NCBI GenBank assembly: GCA_047947115.1
Contig: CP170459.1
Location: 5,248,001 to 5,312,000, forward strand
Source of the DNA: Verrucomicrobiota bacterium
GTDB lineage: Bacteria > Verrucomicrobiota > Verrucomicrobiia > Limisphaerales > AAA164-E04
Length of the DNA stretch: 64,000 bases
Reading direction: 5' to 3'
In this document: in pieces, positions 1-9,245 of the stretch
Layout: each line of letters begins with the position of its first letter
Numbering within the stretch: position 1 is the first letter of the stretch
Made by a program: the position numbers and the translations under genes
The notes under the pieces: model-generated
Databases searched by the model: none
Told to the model about the DNA's origin: nothing
Seen by the model: the letters and a program-made list of their open reading frames with translations, nothing else

Positions 1-54
1 AAGCCACAAGGAGCGCATCGGGATCCACGCAGTCGCGGGACAGGCTGATACGAT

Positions 55-1503
55 TTACCCGATCAAATCGTGGACCACATTTCCGGCGACGTTGGTGAGG
101 CGGAAGTCGCGGCCCGCGTAGCGGAAGGTGAATTTTTCGTGGTCAAACCCCAGGAGCCACATGATGGTGGCATGGAGGTCGTGGACGTGAACGATGTCTT
201 CAACGGATTTGAATCCAAACTCGTCAGTGGCTCCGTGCACGTATCCACCGCGCACGCCACCACCGGCCATCCACATGGTGAAGCCGTGGTTGTTGTGATC
301 ACGTCCGTTGATCTTGCCTGCGTTGGCACCGGGCTTGGGAAGCTCGACGGTCGGAGTGCGTCCGAATTCACCACCCCAGATCACAAGGGTATCTTCGAAC
401 ATGCCCCGTTGTTTGAGGTCGGTGAGCAAAGCGCCGATGGGCTGATCGCTTTCGCGCGCCAGTCGTCCGTGGTTCTTTTCGATGTCGTCGTGATTGTCCC
501 AGGGCTGCCCTGCTCCATGCCATAACTGAACGAAGCGCACGCCCCGTTCCAACAATCTCCGGGCAATGAGCATCTGCCGTCCTTGCACGCCGTCGCCATA
601 CATCTCGCGGATGTATTGAGGTTCGCGCTGAATGTCGAAGGCGTCGGTCGCATCCATCTGCATGCGATAAGCGAGTTCGAACGATTGAATGCGGGCTTCC
701 AATTGAGGGTCATTGGATCGCTCGGCGGCATGTTGCCGGTTGATGCGTTTCAACAGATCCAATTGTCGACGCTGCGCGGCAAGGGAAAGGTCTTTGTTTT
801 TGATGTGCTCGATCAGTTTTTCAACATCCTGATGTTTGGTGTTGATGTAGGTACCCTGAAACACACCGGGGAGGAATCCGGACTGCCAGTTCTGGGATTC
901 CTGAATCGGGTATCCCCCGGGACACATGACGATGAAACCCGGCAGATTCTGGTTTTCGCTTCCCAGTCCGTACGTCACCCACGATCCCACACTGGGGCGC
1001 ACCAGACGGGCTTCACCGCAGTTCATCAACATCAGGGAAGGCTCGTGATTCGGCACATCCGCTTTCATCGAACGAATCACGGCGATGTCATCGATGCACT
1101 CGGCGACATGCGGGAAGAGATCACTGACTTCGATACCGCTTTGCCCATATTTTGTAAAAGCAAAGGGCGAAGCGAAGGCCGCGCCTGTCTGACGTTCGGT
1201 TTTGAGATTGCCTGTGGGGAGCATTTGACCGGCATATTTGTCCAGCATGGGTTTGGGATCGAAGGTATCCACATGCGACGGCCCCCCATTCATGAAAAGG
1301 TGAATCACCCGTTTGGCCCGGCCCAGCATCGGCGGGTACTTCGGCGCGAGTGGAACGGACACATCGGCGGCCAGTTTCGGAGCCACGCTCAGCATGCCCG
1401 CGCCGCCCAAAGCGCTGCTCAACCCCAAGGAACCAAATCCCATCCCCACGCGTAACAGGAATTCACGGCGATTGGGCGTCTGGTCGGATGTTTCGTCTTT
1501 CAT
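55..1503 (-). CDS. DUF1501 domain protein (Tat-exported, sulfatase-like)
   Basis: 482 aa ORF with Tat-like NRREFL, AKRVIHLFMNGGPSHVDTFDPKP, GGEFGRTP, GRDHN and VHVHDLHAT motifs. Confidence 0.9.
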   Translation of the reverse strand: MKDETSDQTPNRREFLLRVGMGFGSLGLSSALGGAGMLSVAPKLAADVSVPLAPKYPPMLGRAKRVIHLFMNGGPSHVDTFDPKPMLDKYAGQMLPTGNLKTERQTGAAFASPFAFTKYGQSGIEVSDLFPHVAECIDDIAVIRSMKADVPNHEPSLMLMNCGEARLVRPSVGSWVTYGLGSENQNLPGFIVMCPGGYPIQESQNWQSGFLPGVFQGTYINTKHQDVEKLIEHIKNKDLSLAAQRRQLDLLKRINRQHAAERSNDPQLEARIQSFELAYRMQMDATDAFDIQREPQYIREMYGDGVQGRQMLIARRLLERGVRFVQLWHGAGQPWDNHDDIEKNHGRLARESDQPIGALLTDLKQRGMFEDTLVIWGGEFGRTPTVELPKPGANAGKINGRDHNNHGFTMWMAGGGVRGGYVHGATDEFGFKSVEDIVHVHDLHATIMWLLGFDHEKFTFRYAGRDFRLTNVAGNVVHDLIG

Positions 1504-1584
1504 GCCGATACTCTACCTCAAGGCATGGTCCTGCGCCAAGTCGTTCTTGTTGGGAGGGGCTCCAGCAATAGGATGCGTTGGCAG

Positions 1585-1666
1585 GCCACCTGCTGGCGCA
1601 GGCGGCTACGGTGAATTCACCATTCAAAAGCCACCTGTTGGCGCCATCGGCTACCGCAGCGGCTAC
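1585..1666 (-). repeat. GTAG-type REP-like palindromes, two copies plus a fragment
   Basis: Minus strand GTAGCCGCCTGC-GCCA-GCAGGTGGC at 1585-1609; degenerate copy at 1630-1654 (45-nt period); partial GCGGCTAC ending at 1666. Confidence 0.65.
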
Positions 1667-1854
1667 TGACTTGGCTGTGAAGGGTGCATGAATGGGACGG
1701 GTTCGGGATTGGGGATGCCGCTTTGATGACGGTAAATACCGTAGAGCCCCAAAGCGACCATGATAAAGAAAGCGATCATCATACCGGCAAACAACTTCCC
1801 GAACCAGGGTTGCCCTGTTTGCTCTCCATGTTTATTGTGATCGTCTTCGTTCAT
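1663..1854 (-). CDS. small single-pass membrane protein, hypothetical
   Basis: 63 aa from ATG at 1854 (MNEDDH...) with one hydrophobic helix LFAGMMIAFFIMVALGLYGIY; co-directional with neighbours. Confidence 0.6.
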   Translation of the reverse strand: MNEDDHNKHGEQTGQPWFGKLFAGMMIAFFIMVALGLYGIYRHQSGIPNPEPVPFMHPSQPSQ

Positions 1855-1909
1855 GAATGGTTTTGAAACGATTTTCAATTCGGCCAACCTACACCTTTGC
1901 CTCGGTTTA

Positions 1910-2668
1910 TCAATCTCCGGATGCTTCTTTTTCCAGCGAAGCCAACACCTCGGGATCACGCACGTCCACCCAACGTCCTTCGATCTTGAGCCCGGCAATG
2001 GTCTTTTGATCATTTACCAGCGCCGAGATGGCGTCGGTCAGTTCGTATTCGCCTCGGGGGGATTTTTCGAGTCGATCCATGTATTCGAATGCTTCCGCAT
2101 TGAATATATATACGCCTGCATTGTACCACACCGGATCCCCATCCTTCAACGTGCCGTCCGCTTTCAACGCATCCAGCTGGGCCTGTGAGGGCTTCTCGAC
2201 GAGTTGCGTCAGACAAAAGTTTTCGTCGAAGAAATTGATGCCGCCTTTTTTGACGTCTTCACCTTCGGTCACCGTGAGGAGCCCGGCAAAATTTCCTTCG
2301 CCATACCGCCGCACCATGTCCGCATAGGTCTGAGGGCGCACCAGGATGTCGCCATAGGTCAGCAGAAAATCATCTTCCCCCACATAATCACGTGCGGGCA
2401 ACGAAGCGCGTCCTGTGCCGTCCTGGATTTCCTGACGTCGATAAACGATCTCAACCCCAAAAGCAGATCCATCCCCGAAATGGGATTCGATGACCTCGGC
2501 TTTCCAGCCTGTGATCAGGCAGATCCGGGTGATCCCAGCGGATTTCAATCCGCCAATGATGTGTTCCAGAATGGGTTTTCCTTCGACAGGTAGCATGGGT
2601 TTGGGGAGTTCCTGGGTGAGTTCCCCCATACGGGTGCCTTTGCCTGCGGCTAAAATGACTGCTTTCAT
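1910..2668 (-). CDS. sugar-phosphate nucleotidyltransferase (NTP_transferase family)
   Basis: MKAVILAAGKGTRM, PKPMLPV, LTYGD, VEKP, SPRGEYELTDA motifs; start placed at ATG 2668. Confidence 0.9.
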   Translation of the reverse strand: MKAVILAAGKGTRMGELTQELPKPMLPVEGKPILEHIIGGLKSAGITRICLITGWKAEVIESHFGDGSAFGVEIVYRRQEIQDGTGRASLPARDYVGEDDFLLTYGDILVRPQTYADMVRRYGEGNFAGLLTVTEGEDVKKGGINFFDENFCLTQLVEKPSQAQLDALKADGTLKDGDPVWYNAGVYIFNAEAFEYMDRLEKSPRGEYELTDAISALVNDQKTIAGLKIEGRWVDVRDPEVLASLEKEASGD

Positions 2669-2675
2669 GGGTTGT

Positions 2676-2711
2676 AAATAAACGGGCGGCGGCCAGAACA
2701 ACCGCCGCCCG
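2676..2711 (-). terminator. Rho-independent terminator-like hairpin downstream of apgM
   Basis: 10-bp GC stem CGGGCGGCGG (2683-2692) / CCGCCGCCCG (2702-2711), followed on minus strand by TTTATTT. Confidence 0.65.
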
Positions 2712-2731
2712 AGGTAAGGTTTCAGGATAAA

Positions 2732-3958
2732 TTAAGCACCAAACTTGTCGAACATTCGCGCATGGGCCTGCATGTGGCGCATCAGGAATTTGGCTTCGAG
2801 CTGTCCCAACGAACCGATGTTGGCTCCGGTCTCAGTGAATCGATCGAGCTTGTCGGAACCGGAAACATCAGAAGTCAACAGAACCGGCTGTGGGTGCCAT
2901 GAGTGTCCTTTCATGGGACAAGGAGTGGAGTGATCACCGGTGATCGCCAACACATCCGGACGCTTCTGCAACAGGATCGGCAGGGCTTCGTCCAGTTCTT
3001 CAATGGCTTTTTTCTTGGCTTCAAAGTTGCCGTCTTCACCGTACATGTCGGTGTATTTGTAATGAATGAAGAAGAAATCGTAGTTGTCGTATTCCTCAAG
3101 GTAACGATTGAACTGCTCGCTGATGGATTGCGGACCTTCAATCTTGTCCATCCCCACCAATTGAGCCAGCCCTTTGTACATCGGATAAACCGCAAGGCAA
3201 GCGGCTTTGAGCTGATACCGTTCTTCGAAAGTCGGAATGTTGGGCTGATGAGCGATACCGCGCATCAGGAAACCATTGGCAGGGCGTTCGTTTTTGATGA
3301 TCGGTAGGGCTTTTTCGTAAAAGGCCTTGATCAGTTTAGCTGCCTTCTGGGCTTTCTTGGAAGAGGCATCGACGGGAGCCGCATCGGCGATCGGCAATCC
3401 TTCACGCTGAGGATCGGTATCGCTCAGGGGTCCTTCCAGTCCTTTACCGCGGAAAATGACGACGAAACGATGTCCTTTACCAGGCTGAATGATGACTTCG
3501 GCATCGGAAACTTTTTTGATCTTCGCGGACAACATCGCACACAGGCGTTCGCATTCTTCGGTCTCGATACGACCGGCACGACGATCCGTCACCAAACCCT
3601 CAGCATCCAGAGAACAGAAGTTGGCGCGTGCCGCCACATCGCCGGACTTGAGTTCCAGACCCAATCCCAGAGCCTCAATCACACCACGTCCCACCTGGGT
3701 ATCGATTGGATCGTAGCCAAACAAGGCCAAGTGGCCTGGTCCGCTGCCAGGGGTGATACCGGGCGCCACGGGAGTCATACGTCCTTGAATGGATTCGCGG
3801 CTCAACTGATCCATATTGGGTGTTTTGGCCGCTTCGAGCGGTGTCAGGAAACCACTGTCCTTGGTGGCGAGATCTCCTACACCATCCAGCACTACGAGAG
3901 CCAGCTTGGCCTTGGTCGGCAAGGTCAACTTGGCGTACAATTCGTCGAGTTTTGTCAT
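2732..3958 (-). CDS. apgM: 2,3-bisphosphoglycerate-independent phosphoglycerate mutase, archaeal-type (ApgM)
   Basis: LDGVGD, TPLEAAKTPNMD, PGSGPGHLALFGYDP, GRGVIEALG, TGDHSTP, HSWHP motifs. Confidence 0.9.
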   Translation of the reverse strand: MTKLDELYAKLTLPTKAKLALVVLDGVGDLATKDSGFLTPLEAAKTPNMDQLSRESIQGRMTPVAPGITPGSGPGHLALFGYDPIDTQVGRGVIEALGLGLELKSGDVAARANFCSLDAEGLVTDRRAGRIETEECERLCAMLSAKIKKVSDAEVIIQPGKGHRFVVIFRGKGLEGPLSDTDPQREGLPIADAAPVDASSKKAQKAAKLIKAFYEKALPIIKNERPANGFLMRGIAHQPNIPTFEERYQLKAACLAVYPMYKGLAQLVGMDKIEGPQSISEQFNRYLEEYDNYDFFFIHYKYTDMYGEDGNFEAKKKAIEELDEALPILLQKRPDVLAITGDHSTPCPMKGHSWHPQPVLLTSDVSGSDKLDRFTETGANIGSLGQLEAKFLMRHMQAHARMFDKFGA

Positions 3959-4200
3959 TTCAGTTTTTAGTTATCAATCTTGAGGTTCAAGGAAGGACGG
4001 CAAGCAGGCACAGCAACACCCCCTGTTCATTTTGTATAGAAATCACCCCGTCGCGAAACAGCCCCGGCCAATCCATCCGGGCAGACGATATTGAATAGAA
4101 TAAAAGCGGAGGTCAACCGGATATTGACAATACAGTTAAATTTCTTATGCAGTGAGCGTTACAATCACAAAAACCCCACCCCAAGGTTCCCAACAGCGCT

Positions 4201-4986
4201 TCAAAGGGCTTTGGACCGACGCCATTCAGAGATCAGCAAGACAATCTTCCATACTTCCTCCTCGTTCAGAGCCTCGGCGAAAGCGGGCATCGGAGTGCCG
4301 GTCATCCCGGTGAGGATGGTTCGCAAAAGGTCTTCTTCACTTTCACCGCAGCCAAGCGGTGTCAAGAGGTTGGCAGGTCGGACAGGGTGACCGTAGGAAT
4401 CCATCAATGTCGCGGCGGCCGGACCATTACCCAGGCCTTGTTCCCCATGACAGGGCGCACAATTCCGGGCGAACATGACCTTGCCGGATTCAACCGCCTC
4501 CCGATGCCCTGTATCGGATTCCATGAACTCAGGTTTGGACGGCAGCAGCACCGCATCGGCATGAAACTCTTCCTTACGCCATTTGCGCGAAAAGTATTTG
4601 ATGTATTCCGAAACTGCTTCGAGGTCCTTATCACTCATGTCGTGAAAGGTCGGCATGGCAGACCCGGCGATACCTTGAAGTATGGTGCGTTTAATGTCGG
4701 CATTGGTGGGAAGTTTGCCGTAAGGAGTGGATCGGTATTTAAAATCTCCGGTGGAAAAATCCCGCGGAAACACCTCCCAATCCATGGTCACCAATTCACC
4801 GTCCCCACGGCCGCGCTCACCATGGCAGGGTTGGCAGGATACCTTGTAAATGTGTTTACCCGACAGGTAGAGGGATCGGTCAGGTGGGGTGCTTTTGCCT
4901 TTGGACGCGTCATCGGCGTGATGCACCATCACACCAACAAACAACACTCCCCAAATTACCCGGATGAACTGGTAGCGAATCCGCAT
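4201..4986 (-). CDS. diheme c-type cytochrome
   Basis: N-terminal hydrophobic segment; two CxxCH motifs (CQPCH, CAPCH), each followed by G-S/T-x-MP distal-ligand motifs. Confidence 0.85.
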   Translation of the reverse strand: MRIRYQFIRVIWGVLFVGVMVHHADDASKGKSTPPDRSLYLSGKHIYKVSCQPCHGERGRGDGELVTMDWEVFPRDFSTGDFKYRSTPYGKLPTNADIKRTILQGIAGSAMPTFHDMSDKDLEAVSEYIKYFSRKWRKEEFHADAVLLPSKPEFMESDTGHREAVESGKVMFARNCAPCHGEQGLGNGPAAATLMDSYGHPVRPANLLTPLGCGESEEDLLRTILTGMTGTPMPAFAEALNEEEVWKIVLLISEWRRSKAL

Positions 4987-5448
4987 ATTGACCGGCGTCC
5001 ATGGTATACACTTGCAGTCGTTCCTGACAACAAAATGCCGTATAAAACCAGTATCACCCTCTACGCGGCAACCTCACTTTGGATCATGTTGTGCAGCACC
5101 CGCCCTGAATCCAACATGGATGCAATATCTTTTGCTTGTGATGGTTGCCGGATCATTCAAAGTGTTTGCGCATAGGGGGCCGCTGAGGCTTCTCATCCTT
5201 GTGCCACCTGGGCGAGAGACGCAATGAGTCAGAAGTTCTTTCTGAAATTACTTTTGGCAAATGTTAGAAATACGGCCCATGGATGTTTGATTCAAAGTCT
5301 TGGGGATTGGAAAAGATGGTCTGCAACCCATCAGTGCGTTTCCCCCCCCCATTCAAAGCTGTTTCGAGTCGCGACAATCCAAGTCACAACGACATTAACC
5401 GGATGTAACCGGAAAAGCGGACATGCCGCTTCCAATGGAAATCGCGTG

Positions 5449-5916
5449 TCAACAGACAAAAACAATCTTCCCTGAGAGTCCGCTTTTCAATTGGTAGCTT
5501 GAGCCTGCTTTTTTTCCTTTGAGAGCGGCACCGACCGGGGATTCGGGAGTGATGACAGTGACAACACCCATTTCAAGCTTCAATTCGATGCCGCCGCCGT
5601 GGTGCATGAGGAAGAAAAAATCCCGGAATCCGTCGATATCCACTTCCACAAACGCGCCGATTCCAATGGGTTTGTCTTGAAAGGAAACAGTGCTCATGGA
5701 TCGCAGTTCATCTATCTGGGCAGCCAGTTGTTTGAACTGCATTGCATGCCCCCTCGCCAGGTACGAAGCCTCCAACCCACAAGTATCCCACTTGGTTTCA
5801 GCCCGGGATTCTTCGTTGGTTGCCCCATCGGAAGCCTGTTTATTGGCGGCATGGTGTCGTCGCAACTGAGATTCCATGCATTCCAGCAATGCCTTCATCA
5901 ATTCTGATTTATCCAT
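5449..5916 (-). CDS. GreA/GreB-family elongation factor-like protein
   Basis: Helical N-terminus with AETKWDT..LEASYLA and C-terminal VITPESPVGAALKGKKAG Gre motif; start likely MDKSE at 5916. Confidence 0.8.
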   Translation of the reverse strand: MDKSELMKALLECMESQLRRHHAANKQASDGATNEESRAETKWDTCGLEASYLARGHAMQFKQLAAQIDELRSMSTVSFQDKPIGIGAFVEVDIDGFRDFFFLMHHGGGIELKLEMGVVTVITPESPVGAALKGKKAGSSYQLKSGLSGKIVFVC

Positions 5917-6089
5917 TTTACAGAAGCGATCCATGCCCAAAAATATCCCACATTGTCAATCCGATAACCCGCTTTTGAGCGGTGAATTTAGAATGGTAAT
6001 TGGGCATCCTTTGGTGAGAAAAGTCCAAGGGCACGCTGCTTACTCCATCCGCATAGCTGGCTCCAGCAGACGGACCGGAACTATCCGAT

Positions 6090-7526
6090 CTACTTGTCGC
6101 GCTGGTCTTTAATGGAATGCTTATACCCGGAGATGTCATTGTTCTTGAGCGTGGCATGAGAGCCTTTTCCAATGGAAATGCCACTCCCGCCATCCTGACC
6201 TTCGAGTCGGTTGCGAGCAGCGATCAGGTTCCCCTGAAGCAACACGCCCGCCACGCCACCACCGGTGATGTGATTGTCGATGACAATGGCCTGACTCCCG
6301 TCAAGGATGGCAATGATTGGGGGCATCCCGCCTGTTCGAGTCAACACGTTTTCCTTGAGCACTACTTCGCTGCGATCGCGAATGCCGATGGCGACGAGTT
6401 GATTCTCGAGACATTTATTTTCGGCCACAAGGGCCTTGGATTGCTGACTGACCCCGATGCCGGCGGATTTGTTGTTTTCAAGCCGGTTACGGAGGATGGT
6501 GGGAGAGGCGGATTCTGATCCGATGCCTGCCGCTCCGTTTTCGTAACAGTGATTCCCTATCACCAGTGGCGAGGCATGATCGCTGCAGCCAATCCCGGCA
6601 AGGCTGTTGCGGTAGCAACGGTTGGAGCGCAACACGGGAGCGGATTTCTCGGTGCAACCTATTCCTGCCATACCGTTCTCGTAACAATCATTATCCTCAA
6701 CCACCGGACGGGTATTGACTCCGGTTCGGATACCGATCCCGGCACGTCGATTACCATGACAACGATTTCCCCGCACCACGGGGTTGGCACCGTTGCTGAT
6801 ACCTATTCCGGCGCGGACATTGTTATAACAATCATTACCGGTAACCACTGGACTGGCATTGTGATGCCCGATCCCGGCATGGAAATTTTCGAAACAAATG
6901 TTGTCAGTAATCATGGCGGTGGAACCATTCATCGACCCAATACCTCCTCCCATATTTCGATAACAGACATTGCCTGATATGAGCGGGGAACATTCCTTTT
7001 GATCCACACCTTGTATTGCAATGCCGGTGTGCCCGTTGTGGTGAACAACGTTGTTGATGACCTTGCAGCCCCACCCTGAAACGGAGATGGCAGGAACACT
7101 GAAACGACCGATGTCTTCATGAGATTGATTCATCCCTTTTTCATTCCTATGCCGCTGCCAAAGCTCATCATCAAAACCCCCCATTCCGGAAACAGTGAAT
7201 CCGTCCAAAGTTGCCCCCTCGGCCATGGTTACTCCGGCAACATCTCCGTCACTACCACCACCATCCAGAATGGTTATCTCGGCGCGCTTCAATCCGACAA
7301 CGCCCACTTCATCCGCACCTTTGCTGCGGAGGATAAGATCAGGTTTTAACTGAACGCGCTCCAGATAAACACCCGGGAGCACCACGATGACATCGTTTGC
7401 CTGGGCGGCATCGATGGCGGCCTGGATGGTTTGGAAGTCAGTGGGAACTTCTATCTCGCGTGCAGAAAGCTGGACGGTTACGACCATGAGGATCATGCAG
7501 ATGAGGAAAGTTAATGATTTTGTCAT
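6090..7526 (-). CDS. secreted right-handed parallel beta-helix repeat protein
   Basis: Signal peptide, VPTDFQTIQAAIDAA cap, about 10 repeats of NxCYxNxxAGIG. Confidence 0.85.
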   Translation of the reverse strand: MTKSLTFLICMILMVVTVQLSAREIEVPTDFQTIQAAIDAAQANDVIVVLPGVYLERVQLKPDLILRSKGADEVGVVGLKRAEITILDGGGSDGDVAGVTMAEGATLDGFTVSGMGGFDDELWQRHRNEKGMNQSHEDIGRFSVPAISVSGWGCKVINNVVHHNGHTGIAIQGVDQKECSPLISGNVCYRNMGGGIGSMNGSTAMITDNICFENFHAGIGHHNASPVVTGNDCYNNVRAGIGISNGANPVVRGNRCHGNRRAGIGIRTGVNTRPVVEDNDCYENGMAGIGCTEKSAPVLRSNRCYRNSLAGIGCSDHASPLVIGNHCYENGAAGIGSESASPTILRNRLENNKSAGIGVSQQSKALVAENKCLENQLVAIGIRDRSEVVLKENVLTRTGGMPPIIAILDGSQAIVIDNHITGGGVAGVLLQGNLIAARNRLEGQDGGSGISIGKGSHATLKNNDISGYKHSIKDQRDK

Positions 7527-7727
7527 ATGAATGAAGCAGGTTCAGGGTTTTCTCTTTGAATGATCGAGGTTTTTCCACTTCCTCTTTCGAATCTGAAACT
7601 CACCACGAAAACGTTCGCCCTTCCCAAGGTACAGCTCCGAATTTGAGACAGTGAAACAAGCATCGGTCTTCTTCATGGAATGCACCCTATGAGAAGAATC
7701 AGAAACTTACAATGAAAGGATCACCTG

Positions 7728-9236
7728 TCAAACCAAGTCACTCAATTTCACCGAGGCAGCTGACTCGTCACGATCGCGGATGATCTTATGGTAGATTTCG
7801 AAACAGGCATCACCTGCACCGAGTTTTGCCTGGCCGTTCAGATCCTTGTCAACGACCTGAAAAATATCCTTCAATGTAATCGCCTCCGCTGGTTTACCCA
7901 AACTGAGGCCGCCACAGGATTCCTCCCCTCTGAACACCAGCCCGCGGTCTGCCAGCAATCCGACGGAATCATGCACGGACGCATGATCCAGCTGCAAACA
8001 ATCCGCAAGGTCTTCGGGGGTATAAGGTTTCTCTCCGGACTGAAACCTTGAAGCGATCAGTTGCATCACACGCACAGCCGTGAGCAAACTGTGTTCCACG
8101 ATATCTCCGGCAGAAGAATCCTCATCATCATTGACTTGGTTGGGATGCTGCACCATGAAAGCCACATGGGATCCGAAAATCAGAATGATCCAGGACACAT
8201 AAAGCCCAAGCAAAAGAATCGGAACCGCACCAAGACTGCCGTAAATCTTATTGGTCGTCGCAACGTTTGATATGTAAACAACCGGCAATTGATTGTTCAA
8301 TTGCAAGAAAAACCCTGCGGTAAGCCCCCCGCATACAGCCGCTTTGAACGTCATGCGCGTGTTGGTCATGATCCGATAAACCAAAGCACATGCCGCACCG
8401 GTGAACCCCCAGGAGAGAAAAAACAAGAACAGCGTTCCTAACGAGCCGTAGTTTTGAAAATATTCCGTAAGCTGAAACAGAACTTTGCTGGTGGAAATAG
8501 TCGTCCCAAGCACGAATAAAAAAGGCCCCAGCGTCAATCCCGCCCAATACTGCGCCACGCCCGCGCCCCAGCTCCGGTTTTTGGGAATCTCCCAAACCTG
8601 GTTGAAGGTGCGCTCGATGGCACGTAACAACATGATCGCAACGACCAGGAACACACAGACACTCGTCACCCCAATGGTTTTCTTGTGGATTCGTTCCATG
8701 TAGGACGCAATTTGACGCGCCACTTCTTTTCGCTGTCCTCCGTGAAGAGAAAGCTTCCCCCCTTCAAAGGGACGGGCTTCTTTGAGGTAATTTTCCACCA
8801 GGTTCCCAGTCACATCGATAGATGCTTCCGAGGAATCCTGATTATCAGAAGATTCGTTGGTATCGGGTGGAAGAGGGACATCAATTGAACCACCTTCGCG
8901 CACTTCCAAATCCAGCATCGGTGCCACGGTTTGGATCATGGATTCGATCCATCCCTGAACTTGTTCCTGGCCTTCATCGCCCTCCTTGACCATCAGACTG
9001 GTTGCAACGCTCAATCCCACCGCCAGCACGGGAATCATGCCTACCAATGAAGTATAGGACAGGGCTGAAGCGTGGATAAACCCACTTTTGGACACGAAGC
9101 GTCGCAGGGCATTCCCCCAGAACAAACAACAACGTTTCAACACATTCGTATCGGCTTGGTTCGGGGTCCGGGACCCGGATTCGGAAGATGGTGCGGAGCC
9201 TTTGTGGGTCATAAGAATCGTTAACCTTTTGTTCAA
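7728..9236 (-). CDS. YihY/virulence factor BrkB family membrane protein with C-terminal winged-helix (Rrf2-like) domain
   Basis: ASALSYTSLVGMIP, IERTFNQVW, IYGSLGAVPILLLGLYVSWIILIFG; C-terminal L-x-KPAEAITLKDI; start may be ATG 9212. Confidence 0.85.
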   Translation of the reverse strand: MNKRLTILMTHKGSAPSSESGSRTPNQADTNVLKRCCLFWGNALRRFVSKSGFIHASALSYTSLVGMIPVLAVGLSVATSLMVKEGDEGQEQVQGWIESMIQTVAPMLDLEVREGGSIDVPLPPDTNESSDNQDSSEASIDVTGNLVENYLKEARPFEGGKLSLHGGQRKEVARQIASYMERIHKKTIGVTSVCVFLVVAIMLLRAIERTFNQVWEIPKNRSWGAGVAQYWAGLTLGPFLFVLGTTISTSKVLFQLTEYFQNYGSLGTLFLFFLSWGFTGAACALVYRIMTNTRMTFKAAVCGGLTAGFFLQLNNQLPVVYISNVATTNKIYGSLGAVPILLLGLYVSWIILIFGSHVAFMVQHPNQVNDDEDSSAGDIVEHSLLTAVRVMQLIASRFQSGEKPYTPEDLADCLQLDHASVHDSVGLLADRGLVFRGEESCGGLSLGKPAEAITLKDIFQVVDKDLNGQAKLGAGDACFEIYHKIIRDRDESAASVKLSDLV

Positions 9237-9245
9237 CCGGCCGGT

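Noticed and set aside
4124..4152. TTGACA on + strand pointing into the 3' end of the cytochrome gene
   Set aside because: No good -10 at 17 nt and no downstream + strand gene; not supportable as an antisense promoter.
4987..5448. 460-bp intergenic gap with short ORFs and a minus frame containing several TGAs
   Set aside because: No recognisable protein motif or RNA structure in any frame examined.
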